Assembly: GCA_963815195.1 (NCBI GenBank)
Contig: CAWFGE010000013.1
Coordinates: 992,001 to 1,056,000 of the forward strand
Length of the DNA: 64,000 nucleotides
DNA from: an uncultured Planctomycetaceae bacterium
GTDB taxonomy: Bacteria; Planctomycetota; Planctomycetia; Planctomycetales; Planctomycetaceae
Direction of reading: 5' to 3'
In this document: piece after piece, positions 30,704 through 42,239 of the stretch
Position numbering within the stretch: position 1 is the first letter of the stretch
Layout of the letters: each line of letters starts with the position of its first letter
Position numbers and translations under genes: made by a program
Notes under the pieces: model-generated
The model's database searches: none
What the model was told of the DNA's origin: nothing
What the model saw: the letters and a program-made list of their open reading frames with translations, nothing else

Positions 30704-31401
30704 TGGGGGTCCCTCCCTTCCGGTTGACCGTTCCCGTCCTGGGTCTGACCACGCGATCCGTTGGCCGAGGGAGCCGGTACGGGCGACCGGGCTTCCACGG
30801 TCTCCAATTCCGGCGGACTTCCGAAGGGATGCTCCGGCAGTTCCGTCCCGCAATGGAGCACCTGCAGGCACGGCTGATCGCTGCAGCTGCTCGAGGGATC
30901 GGGCAGCTCGCTTTTGCGGTCGCTGACCACCCAGCCGATCAACGTCGCCAGCGGCTCGGAGGCGACAATCGCGAAGCAATCGCGCTTCTTCAACGGCTTT
31001 CGCAGGACTTTGCAAATCCGCTCGATGGCGTCGGTGGCGAGCTCGCCCTCCGGCGGGCAGATCGTTTCCGGCGATTCCCGCCACTGCTTGAACACCCGCG
31101 GATATTTGTGCCGCACGTCCTCGATCTGAAGCCCCTCCCAAAAACCCTGGTCGAGATTTCGCAAATCGTCCGACAGCCTGACCCGCACGTCCAGGGCTTC
31201 GCCGAGGGCCTCGGCCGTGCTGAGCGACGGCTCGGTGGGGTCGGCATAAATGACTTCGAGCGGCGTCTGGGCCAACTGCTCGACCATCCGGAGGATCTGC
31301 TTCTCGCCTTGGGAATTGACGGGGATTTCCAGCGAACCTTTGATGCGGTTCTGCTCATCAAAATCCGTGCAGCCAGAGCGAATAATGACAACCTCGGGCA
31401 T
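30700..31401 (-). CDS. Histidine phosphatase (PGM-like) fold protein lacking the catalytic His
   Basis: IIRSG (for RHG), [31 protein letters not shown] overlap with accD. Confidence 0.8.
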   Translation of the reverse strand: MPEVVIIRSGCTDFDEQNRIKGSLEIPVNSQGEKQILRMVEQLAQTPLEVIYADPTEPSLSTAEALGEALDVRVRLSDDLRNLDQGFWEGLQIEDVRHKYPRVFKQWRESPETICPPEGELATDAIERICKVLRKPLKKRDCFAIVASEPLATLIGWVVSDRKSELPDPSSSCSDQPCLQVLHCGTELPEHPFGSPPELETVEARSPVPAPSANGSRGQTQDGNGQPEGRDPQ

Positions 31402-31488
31402 TGTGGATTCACTCGCAATAAGGAATAAACCAGCAGAGTTGCTGTGAAAAGACGATCAAAACTTCAAACCAGCGATTATACCCGGGCG

Positions 31489-32181
31489 TTATGTCCCTCT
31501 TCGAGCCTGAGCCGTCAATTCTTTGATGGCGGCCGGATAATCGTCGCGGCCGAAAATCGCGCTCCCGACGACAAACAACGTCGCTCCCGCTTTGGCAGAT
31601 TGGCCGATCGTTTTGGGACCAATCCCTCCATCCACCGACAACACGGGGGAGCCGGAATGCTCCCGCAAGTGGCGGAGTTTTTCCAAAGCGATCCGCATAA
31701 ACGATTGGCCCCCGAAACCGGGTTCGACGCTCATCACCAGCACCATGTCGCAATCGGGCAAAAACGGGACCACCGCTTCGACAGGCGTGCCGGGATTGAT
31801 CGCCAACCCCGCCACGCGCCCCGCCTCGCGAATCGACTGGAGCAGCGAACGGGGTTCATCGACCGCCTCGTAATGGACCGTTATCGAGTCGCAGCCCGCA
31901 TCCAAGAAATCGTTGAGATACCGGCCCGGTTCCTCCATCATCAAATGTGCATCGAAAATCATATCGGTCGAGGAACGCACGGAAGCAATGATCGGGGCCC
32001 CATACGACAGGTTGGGAACAAAGTGCCCGTCCATCACGTCCCAATGAACCAGGCAAGCCCCCGCCGACTCGAGAGCCGCCATCTCCGCCCGCAGATTTCC
32101 AAAATCGCATTTGAGCAAAGACGGCGCGATGATCGGCCCCTGATTCTTCAACCTCTCGAGGACGTCCTGTCGGTTCATCAT
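31489..32181 (-). CDS. rpe: Ribulose-phosphate 3-epimerase
   Basis: IAPSLL, HWDVMDGHFVPNLSYG, DAHLM, MSVEPGFGGQ, VDGGI. Confidence 0.95.
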   Translation of the reverse strand: MMNRQDVLERLKNQGPIIAPSLLKCDFGNLRAEMAALESAGACLVHWDVMDGHFVPNLSYGAPIIASVRSSTDMIFDAHLMMEEPGRYLNDFLDAGCDSITVHYEAVDEPRSLLQSIREAGRVAGLAINPGTPVEAVVPFLPDCDMVLVMSVEPGFGGQSFMRIALEKLRHLREHSGSPVLSVDGGIGPKTIGQSAKAGATLFVVGSAIFGRDDYPAAIKELTAQARRGT

Positions 32182-32376
32182 CCGGGAAACTCAGTCTGAT
32201 CTCTCATAACGTGGCGGAAGAAAACCTGGCGGGAGGAGGTTGTTGTATCCCTTCGCAGAACGACGAAGGCATGAACCGGCTCGCCGCGGACATCAAGGGG
32301 CTATTCTGACGAGAACCCGCCGCCAAGTCCAGCGGAAAGCCCGCGCAAACTGATCAAATGTTGGTTGGTGGAAAAC

Positions 32377-32417
32377 GCCGGCCAATCGGTTTTTGGGAAA
32401 CAAATCGATTGGCCGGC
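32377..32417 (-). terminator. Probable terminator or stabilising hairpin after gap
   Basis: GCCGGCCAATCG...CGATTGGCCGGC 12-bp stem 20 nt after the gap stop, followed by GTTTT on the minus strand. Confidence 0.6.
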
Positions 32418-32437
32418 ACGGCTCGAGTCGGCAGGTT

Positions 32438-33458
32438 TTAGAGGCTCGCCAACTGTTTGATGAGGTCGGCGGTGCGGTTGGAATAGCCGTATTCGTTGTC
32501 GTACCAGCCGAGAACTTTCACCATGTTGCCTTCGATCCTGGTCGTCCAGGGGGCATCGAAAATGCAGCTGTGGACGTTGCCGATGATGTCGCTGGAGACG
32601 ATCGGGTCGGTGTTGTATTCCATGATGCCTTTAAGCGGCCCTTCGGACGCGGCTTTCATGGCCTGGTTGATCTGGTCTTCGGACGCGTCTTTCGCCAGGA
32701 CCGCCACGAGGTCGGTGATGCTGCCCGCGGGCACGGGCACCCGCAAGGAAATCCCCGTGAGTTTGCCGTTGAGTTCCGGCAGGACCTGTCCCACGGCCCG
32801 CGCGGCCCCGGTGGAGGTCGGAATGATATTCACCGCCGCCGCCCGCGCGGTGCGGATCGCTGTGGATCTGGTCCGCGATCCTTTGGTCATTCGTATAAGC
32901 GTGGACCGTCGTCATCAGGCCGTGCTCGATGCCGAAGTTTTCATGCAGCACCTTGCACATGGGGGCCAGGCAGTTGGTGGTGCAGCTCGCGTTGGAGACG
33001 CATTTGTGCTCCGGCGTGAGGAGATGGTCGTTCACGCCCCGCACCACGGTGAGATCGGGCTTGTCTTTGGCCGGGGCGGAGAGCACGACTTTCTTGGCTC
33101 CCGCGGCCAGGTGGCTGTCGTAGCCGGGTTTGCCGTCGGCGGCGCGTTTGGTGAAGAACCCGGTGGATTCGAGTGCGACTTGGACGCCCATGTCCCCCCA
33201 GGGCAGTTTGGCGGGATCGCGTTCCGAGCACACGGTGATTTTCTTCCCGTTCACAATGAGGGCGCTGCCTTCGGCTTCCACGGTGCCGGGAAACCGGCCC
33301 TGGACGCTGTCGTATTTGACCAGCATCGCCAGGGCTTTGGGATCGCTCAAATCGTTGACGGCGACCACGTCAAACTCATCCGGCCGAGCCGCCATCGCGC
33401 GAAACGTAATGCGGCCGATTCGGCCAAAACCATTAATTCCAACTTTTACAGCAGCCAC
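32438..33458 (-). CDS. gap: Glyceraldehyde-3-phosphate dehydrogenase type I; frameshift ~32847
   Basis: [18 protein letters not shown], (R)[28 protein letters not shown] start with GGAGA RBS. Confidence 0.95.
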
Positions 33459-33745
33459 GGGGCTGTCTCCTTGAACTTGAACAAAACAAACACGGTTAGA
33501 GAAAGAAAAAATCCTCGTCCCCAAGACGTTTCAAAACGTCCCTCCCGCTTTTTCCGAGGGGAACCAGCCCGGCCTGAGGGGGTTCTTTTTCGGGGTTTTT
33601 CGCTAGATTTCCGTTCCTGCGGTGATTGTAGTAGCGGCCCAACCGTTCTACAAGGGTGTCTCTCCCGGCCTCTGTTTTTCGCGGATGTCGCCGATTCCTG
33701 GGTCTTGGGCAGAACTTTTTTGAGCGGCACGGACCGTCCGATAAC

Positions 33746-34732
33746 TCACCGTTCCCACGACCAGTTTTTGACGCCTTTCAAATTCTGGATGCAGAAGGCG
33801 GGCCATTCGCCTTTTTCGAGGGCGATGATCGTCTCCGCCGCCATTTTGAAGGTGTCGTCGTGGGATTCTTCGTCCAGCCCCGCAAGGTGCCCGGCGAGGA
33901 GCACGTTGTCGAGTTCCAACAGCGGGCTGTCCAGCGGCAATGGCTCCACCTCGAACACATCCAACCCCGCCCCTCGCAGGTGGCCGGATTTGAGGGCGTT
34001 GTAAAGAGCCGTCTCATCGACCAGCGCGCCGCGGGCGGTGTTGATCAGCACCGAGCCGGGTTTCATCATTGCCAACGTCTCGGCGTTCATCAGGTGCTTG
34101 GATTCCACGGACATCGGCAGATGCAGCGAGACGTAATCCGCGCGTTTCAAGAGATCCTCGAAGCTCACAAGTTCCACCCGCCATTGCTGGATGAATTCCT
34201 GGTCGGGATAGGGTTCGTAAGCGAGGATGTTGAGGCCTAAGCCCGCGGCCCGCCAGGCCACCGCGCGGCCGATGCGGCCCAAGCCGACGATGCCCAGCGT
34301 TCGGCCCATGATCCGCGGGCGGGCGATCCGCTGCCAGCGGTTTTCGCGGACCCGGCGGTCGTTGTCGGGAAACCCGCGGGCGACGCCGAACAGCAAAGCC
34401 AGCGCGTGCTCGGCGACAGAGTGGTGATTCACGCCGGGCGTCGTCGTGACCACCACGCCCGCCTTGTCACAAGCCGCCAGGTCGATCGCATCAAACCCCA
34501 CGCCCGTCCGGGTAATCACCCGCAGGTTGGGCAGCGACTCGATGACCTTCGTTGTATAAGGTTCCGATCCCGCCAGGACGCCCTGGCAGTCGGCCAGCAA
34601 GTTGATGAGGTTTTCCTCCTCCCACAAATCGACGGACCGCGGGGCGACCTGGACCTCAAACCCCGCCTCGGGAAAAATCTGCTGATGAGGCCCCTGTTCC
34701 GCATTGAGCGACGTGCACATCACTTTGGGCAT
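33746..34732 (-). CDS. D-isomer-specific 2-hydroxyacid dehydrogenase (phosphoglycerate dehydrogenase-like)
   Basis: GVGFDAID, GIVGLGRIG, LINTARG, GAGLDVFEVEP, GHLAG. Confidence 0.9.
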   Translation of the reverse strand: MPKVMCTSLNAEQGPHQQIFPEAGFEVQVAPRSVDLWEEENLINLLADCQGVLAGSEPYTTKVIESLPNLRVITRTGVGFDAIDLAACDKAGVVVTTTPGVNHHSVAEHALALLFGVARGFPDNDRRVRENRWQRIARPRIMGRTLGIVGLGRIGRAVAWRAAGLGLNILAYEPYPDQEFIQQWRVELVSFEDLLKRADYVSLHLPMSVESKHLMNAETLAMMKPGSVLINTARGALVDETALYNALKSGHLRGAGLDVFEVEPLPLDSPLLELDNVLLAGHLAGLDEESHDDTFKMAAETIIALEKGEWPAFCIQNLKGVKNWSWER

Positions 34733-34917
34733 GCTGACTGTTCTCCGGATTTAGGTGGACAAAAGACAATTTCTATGGGTAAAATCATCTCACGCCGGCA
34801 ATCATTTATTAGCCGCAGGACGCTCGCCCCGGTTCAACGAGGCAACCGGACGCGAGGGCGTCCCGGCTGATGATTTCGACCTGGCGTGGAATCGATTCCA
34901 ATTCAAGTCCCAAACTA

Positions 34918-34938
34918 TAACCCGAAGCGTCCGCGAGG
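34918..34938. repeat. REP-like half-site (AACCCGAAGCG..CGAGG family)
   Basis: TAACCCGAAGCGTCCGCGAGG; a complementary-type half CCTCGCCGGCGCTTCGGGCT lies at ~58460-58479. Confidence 0.45.
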
Positions 34939-35020
34939 AACACCAAACAAGGCGGATCGGCTCTCCGCCGGGTCCCCTCGGGGTGGCTCTGATCTCCGCT
35001 ATCAAGAAAGGCCGCGAGTG

Positions 35021-35249
35021 ATGGCTGCTTCCGATCGGCCGGCAGAAAGGACGAGGATCGCAAATCCAGCCGCTCAATCGCTTTGTGCGGATTCACCTCG
35101 CGGAGGACCTCGAGCAACTGGAGCACGATGAGGATTTCCTCACGGGCACCCGCAGCGTGCCCACGGAGTATTTCGCCGATGCTTCGAAGTCGCTGATTTC
35201 AGAAAACAACAGCCCGGACATCCTCTATCGCTACAGCATCAATCCCTAG
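35021..35249 (+). pseudogene. 5' fragment of a PA0069-type radical SAM gene, truncated just before the CxxxCxxC motif
   Basis: KGRGSQIQPLNRF...PTEYFADASKSLISENNSPDILYRYSINP then TAG, where YRGC would normally follow. Confidence 0.8.
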
Positions 35250-35295
35250 TTTTCCCGTCTGATTTCAGGATGCGCTTGGAATCATAAAATCGCGT
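35250..35295 (+). repeat. ~46-bp imperfect hairpin, copy 1 (copy 2 at 37063-37109)
   Basis: TTTTCCCGTCTGATTTCAGGATGCGCTTGGAATCATAAAATCGCGT vs TTTTCCCCCTCTGATTTCAGGATGTCCTGGGAATCAGGAAATCGCGT. Confidence 0.8.
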
Positions 35296-35316
35296 ATGGA
35301 TCCTTCGAGAAATAAC

Positions 35317-35383
35317 TGGGCGGAATGGCGCTAGCCACCGGTTGGTGGATCGTAAAAAACCGGCGGCTATGCCGTGCCGCTCA
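35317..35383. repeat. REP-like inverted pair (GGCGCTAGCC family)
   Basis: GGGCGGAATGGCGCTAGCCACCGGT...ACCGGCGGCTATGCCGTGCCGCTC; same family as 61401-61483. Confidence 0.7.
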
Positions 35384-35416
35384 AAGATTACAGGACACTT
35401 ATTTCTCAAATGATCC

Positions 35417-35539
35417 TTAAGCGTCTTTCCCTACGTGCCGGACCAACTCGCGGAAGGTTTTGCGCAACGACTTGTGCAAGTCGCGGGAAAACGAACCGTC
35501 CAGATGGCGAACGGCGATCAATTCCACGACGTCGGCAAA
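35417..35539 (-). pseudogene. 3' remnant of a second allele of the nucleotidyltransferase gene at 37233-37805
   Basis: 116/123 nt identical by manual alignment to 37233-37355, including the stop; most differences at third codon positions. Confidence 0.88.
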
Positions 35540-35648
35540 TTCGAGCTCCGGCGAAAATGAAGAGAACGCTCCCATGAAGAAGCGGTGTCCTTGTTACCGA
35601 GGCGTTACGCCATGCGGGAGACGCTTGTGTTATTTTAATTAAAAGCCC

Positions 35649-35817
35649 AAACTGTAAGCGTTTGGGTGGCTGGGGCACAAATCTCCCCTTGGAACAAGGC
35701 TTGAACTGCGAATGCTGGGGCGAGAAAAATCTCACACGGCCCCAGGGGTCAAATCTCCTTTTTCCTTGGAACATTCTTGTGCGCCCCAGCCCCCCCCTCC
35801 ACTTTCGACTTACAGTT
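35649..35817 (-). mobile_element. ~170-bp MITE-like element, copy 2
   Basis: Perfect 9-bp terminal IR AACTGTAAG/CTTACAGTT plus sub-terminal GGCTGGGGC(A/G)CA IR; homologous to 26586-26763 and 44726-44868. Confidence 0.75.
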
Positions 35818-35867
35818 CGAGTAAAAGCAAACCTCCGGTTGGCCCGCGTTTTTTGAAAGGAACTTCA

Positions 35868-37042
35868 ATGTCCCGAAGTGCATTCGGCTCGATGCTGTTG
35901 TTGGTCGTGCTCCAGCCCGGCGGGATTTTGGGAGCCGACAAATCACCGACTGCAGAAAACCCGCCCCAAGTCGACTTTTCGAAATTCCCCAAGATCAACG
36001 GCAAGGTGGTCCAGGTGCTGGGAAGTTCCTTTGGCTATATCCCGCCGAGAGTGGGGGACGAGATGGAACTGGATCTCAAGACGATATCCCAACTCGAGCA
36101 ACTGAGATTCAAGTCCCGGCCTGGAGATTTCAGCACGAGGTCTTACATCCCCTTGGCGACCAGCGACAAACCCGCTGGCGCGGAAGCAGCGTCAGCGTGG
36201 TGAATCCGCTCCAGGTGGAAGCCGTCAATACCTACACCACGGGGGCGTTCGAAAGCATGCGGTTGATCTCCCGGTCCACGAGTCCGTCTAGGCACACCGT
36301 GACTCTCAATGTGAAAGGGAATGAGAAACATGTGCAAATCTTGGTATTGGTGGAATGGAGGCACAAGTTCGGAGGGCTGTTTCTGATCGAGGGCCAGGCC
36401 GACGGACCGTTTCCCAACCCAACCAAGCCGAAAGGCAAAACGGATGAGGCCCGTCTCGAAGGCTTGCTTGAGCGGATGCAGAAGATTCTCCCGCCCGGCT
36501 GGTCCGTCTCGTCCAAACTGGCGAATCGCGATGCCCCGTCTCGTCCCGGTTGGCATCCGACGGTCGTGATTCAATCGAAGGACGCTCTGCCGGTGGAACA
36601 TTTCTACCCGGGAATGGGCCCGGATGAAGCCCCGAAGATCTCGCGCGAGAAGGTGACGGTATTTTTCGTGGCGTCTCGCTACGTTTCTTGGGACCAATAC
36701 GCGGTGGTCCAACAACAGAACGAGTCCCTGCTGGAAAAGCGAAGAGCCTTTCGAAACGAAAAGCTGAAATTCATCCCTTGGGGTTATAAGGGGGCGGAAC
36801 CGATTCCGCCCGATGCGTTCGAACCGCGAACCAAAGCCGAGACCCGACGGATTCGCGAATATGCATTCCTTTGGATCTCGACCCAGCCCAAGCCGTTGCC
36901 CACCCATTTCGCGGAGAATCTGTCCTTTGAGATGCACCTCCCAGGCTCGATCGAGATTCATGATCCCAAGAAGTCCCAGGAGTACAAGCAGCTTCTCGAG
37001 TCCGTCGAAAAGATCATCGTGCCGTATGCGGTTTCCCACTGA
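35868..37042 (+). CDS. Exported hypothetical protein; frameshift ~36180-36198
   Basis: AAAGGA RBS; signal peptide MSRSAFGSMLLLVVLQPGGILGAD; continues in ORF 36197-37042. Confidence 0.6.
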
Positions 37043-37062
37043 CAAGAAAACCCCGGCGACTC

Positions 37063-37109
37063 TTTTCCCCCTCTGATTTCAGGATGTCCTGGGAATCAGG
37101 AAATCGCGT
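37063..37109 (+). repeat. ~46-bp imperfect hairpin, copy 2
   Basis: CTGATTTCAGGA-TG-TCCTGGGAATCAG core; homologous to 35250-35295. Confidence 0.8.
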
Positions 37110-37153
37110 TAGAGTCTCAGTTTGTCACTTTTGTGCGCCGTGCGCGCATCTTC

Positions 37154-37212
37154 CGTAACGGTGGCTTCCAGCCGCCGAGATCGATCTACGGCGGCAAGAT
37201 GCCGCCGCTACG
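37154..37212. repeat. GTAG-type REP doublet
   Basis: CGTAACGGTGGCTTCCAGCCGCCG ... CGGCGGCAAGATGCCGCCGCTACG, inverted arms starting GTA(A/G). Confidence 0.7.
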
Positions 37213-37232
37213 TTGTTTGCGGCTTCGCCGCG

Positions 37233-37805
37233 TTAAGCATCTTTCCCCACGCGCCGGACCAACTCGCGGAAGGTTTTGCGCAACGACTTGTGCAAATGAC
37301 GGGAAAACGATCCGTCCAGATGGCGAACGGCGATCAATTCCACGACGTCGGCAAAATCTTTGTGCGTCCGCCGGATATTGGCCGAACCACAGGCCAATTT
37401 CATTTCAATCAACCGGGAAAGCCTCAAAACGGTCAGATCCTCGATGGTCTCCACATTTTCTTCGCCCCAGGGCTTGGGAATGGCGACTTCCAATCCGCTG
37501 CCGGCGCTCTCGCCGGCAATAAGAAACTGAACCGCGATTCCGGACGGGGTCTGAAAGTCCTTGTCCTCGGCATTCCAGGTGAAACCCGCATGCTCCAGCA
37601 CGTCGCGGATTTGATCGGAATCCTCGCGCTGAACGATTAAATCCAAATCCACGGTATTTCGCTGATACCCGTGCAAACAAACGGCGACGCCGCCGCAGAT
37701 GGAATACTCAATGCCGGCGTCGGTCAACATGCGGTGGCAGAGAACGGCTGTGTCCCACAGGTTTTCATTGCCTAGCATGGAATACGCCTTTTGAGCCGAA
37801 ATCAT
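37233..37805 (-). CDS. Pol-beta superfamily nucleotidyltransferase (DUF6036/AbiEii-like)
   Basis: ICGGVAVCLHGYQRNTVDLDLIV (GG..A...G..R.T.D.D), LIEMKL, R..KDFADVVEL. Confidence 0.8.
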   Translation of the reverse strand: MISAQKAYSMLGNENLWDTAVLCHRMLTDAGIEYSICGGVAVCLHGYQRNTVDLDLIVQREDSDQIRDVLEHAGFTWNAEDKDFQTPSGIAVQFLIAGESAGSGLEVAIPKPWGEENVETIEDLTVLRLSRLIEMKLACGSANIRRTHKDFADVVELIAVRHLDGSFSRHLHKSLRKTFRELVRRVGKDA

Positions 37806-37939
37806 ATCGAGACCTACGTTTCGTCCCCATGCCCGTCAGTTACAAAGACCCATTCAAAGAGATTCTACTGCACCGGCATTGGTAGGACTAGATCATTGAA
37901 AGAGTTCGACCGGTTGCAGAGCGTCTGAAGATGTTGCCC

Positions 37940-37992
37940 GACGAAGAAACCCCGGCGGCTCTTTGCGATTGAGCCGCCGGGGTTCTGTCGTC
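37940..37992 (-). terminator. ppdK terminator
   Basis: AACCCCGGCGGCTC-loop-GAGCCGCCGGGGTT stem ~20 nt downstream of the ppdK stop, with TTCTT tail on the minus strand. Confidence 0.8.
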
Positions 37993-38013
37993 TGAAAATT
38001 GCCGGTCGCCGCA

Positions 38014-40746
<2,733 letters not shown>

Positions 40747-40926
40747 GCGATCGTTCCCCTAAAAATAGACCTTCCAAGTGGTGATCGTTGATTCTTGTGA
40801 ATGAAGAGACGCGGAGCGCGAACCATCGGCGCACAACGATCGCTCCGAAAATCTCGGTCCCGCGCAGGCTGGCAAACTAGCAGCGCGGTCTTGGATCGTC
40901 AAGCGAACCGGAAATCCCAAGCATCC

Positions 40927-42105
40927 CTACCGAGTGCCAGGATTTTGCCCAAAATTCGCAAAATACGTCTCCGCCAACCGGGCCAGCAGCCAGCCGGCTT
41001 CCTTTTCCCGGGCGGCCGACCGGGCCGACTGGCAATCCCGGGCCAGCTGTTTCGGAGACGCCATCCACTCCGCGGCCAGATCCAACGTCCGAACTGCGAG
41101 GGCTTCCAACGAATTTCCCGCGTCTTCGGCCAACGGAAAACTTCGCGGGGCATTTTGATGATGCCAATCCATACGCCGCCGGCACATACTTCGGAACTCG
41201 ACTTGGACCGGTTCGGGAAGTGCCGCCGAACGGAGCAGCGGAAGCAAGGTTTCCGCGGCCGAAGCTTTTCCCGTCATCAATCTAAGAATCGCCCCCGTTT
41301 GTTCATCAAGGCAAATGGCTTCGAGGCGATTCAAGGCGTCCTGCACCGCGGCTTGAACGATCGGATGTTGGTCGAATTGCCGCTTCATCAACGCGGGCAG
41401 CACCTGCCGATAACCCGCTTCGGAAAACACCAATCCCGGGGTCTCCGCCAACCGCTGGGCCGTCGTGCGGCGGACTTTCCAATGGGAATCGCTGAGACCC
41501 GCGGCAATCGCCGGCACCACCGCCGACTTCTCCGCCGCCAATCGGCACAGGGCGGTCACGCTTCGGCAACGCCTCGACGCATGCGGGTGAGCCATCCCCG
41601 ATTCCAATCCCTCCCACAGCTTTGATTTCACCGCTTCGGCGACGTGCGGGTCGGCCAGACACGCCGACAGTCCACAGATCGCCGCGTCGCGGACGAGTGG
41701 TTCCCCGTCGTCCAAAGCCGACGCCAGCAATTGCCGGGGCACGCGGTCCGCGGAATCCAGCTCCGCAAGCGGCCAGCAAATCGCCCCGAGCGCCTGGGCG
41801 GCGGCTTCGCGGACGGTCCACAGCGGATCGGTTTCGAGCGATCGGCAAAGCTCATCGACCACGCCCCGCGCCGCCGGTCCGCAACAGCCCAGCGCTTGAG
41901 CCGCCCTCCGCCTGGCCGATGGATCGAGATCACGGAGAGCTTCGCTCAAAATCACCAGCCGTTCCGGTTCCTGCCTCATACAATCGGCGAGTCGCCGCAT
42001 GGCCGCGGGCCGGAGCGGGTATTGATCCCGCCGCAATACCAGATCGGCCAACGCCTCCACCGAAAGCGAATCGAGCCTGATGTCGTTCCCAGGCGACGGT
42101 TCCAT
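40927..42105 (-). CDS. HEAT/PBS-lyase repeat protein
   Basis: Repeats such as D.DPSARRRAAQALG, DPLWTVREAAAQALG, DGEPLVRDAAI, DSHWKVRR. Confidence 0.8.
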   Translation of the reverse strand: MEPSPGNDIRLDSLSVEALADLVLRRDQYPLRPAAMRRLADCMRQEPERLVILSEALRDLDPSARRRAAQALGCCGPAARGVVDELCRSLETDPLWTVREAAAQALGAICWPLAELDSADRVPRQLLASALDDGEPLVRDAAICGLSACLADPHVAEAVKSKLWEGLESGMAHPHASRRCRSVTALCRLAAEKSAVVPAIAAGLSDSHWKVRRTTAQRLAETPGLVFSEAGYRQVLPALMKRQFDQHPIVQAAVQDALNRLEAICLDEQTGAILRLMTGKASAAETLLPLLRSAALPEPVQVEFRSMCRRRMDWHHQNAPRSFPLAEDAGNSLEALAVRTLDLAAEWMASPKQLARDCQSARSAAREKEAGWLLARLAETYFANFGQNPGTR

Positions 42106-42239
42106 TGACAGGCTCTCCCATTTTCTATTCAAGACGGCGGCTTGTGAATGGTCTCTCCGTCCTGCTAATCTGGGGGAGATACGAAGTTAAGAACGGCCCG
42201 GCACCGAAGACACCCATCGCACCCGATCGAGGAAACACC

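Noticed and set aside
35250..37112. Canonical integron attC sites
   Set aside because: The 46-bp hairpins lack a clear RYYYAAC...GTTRRRY pair and no intI is in the window; kept only as an unexplained boundary motif
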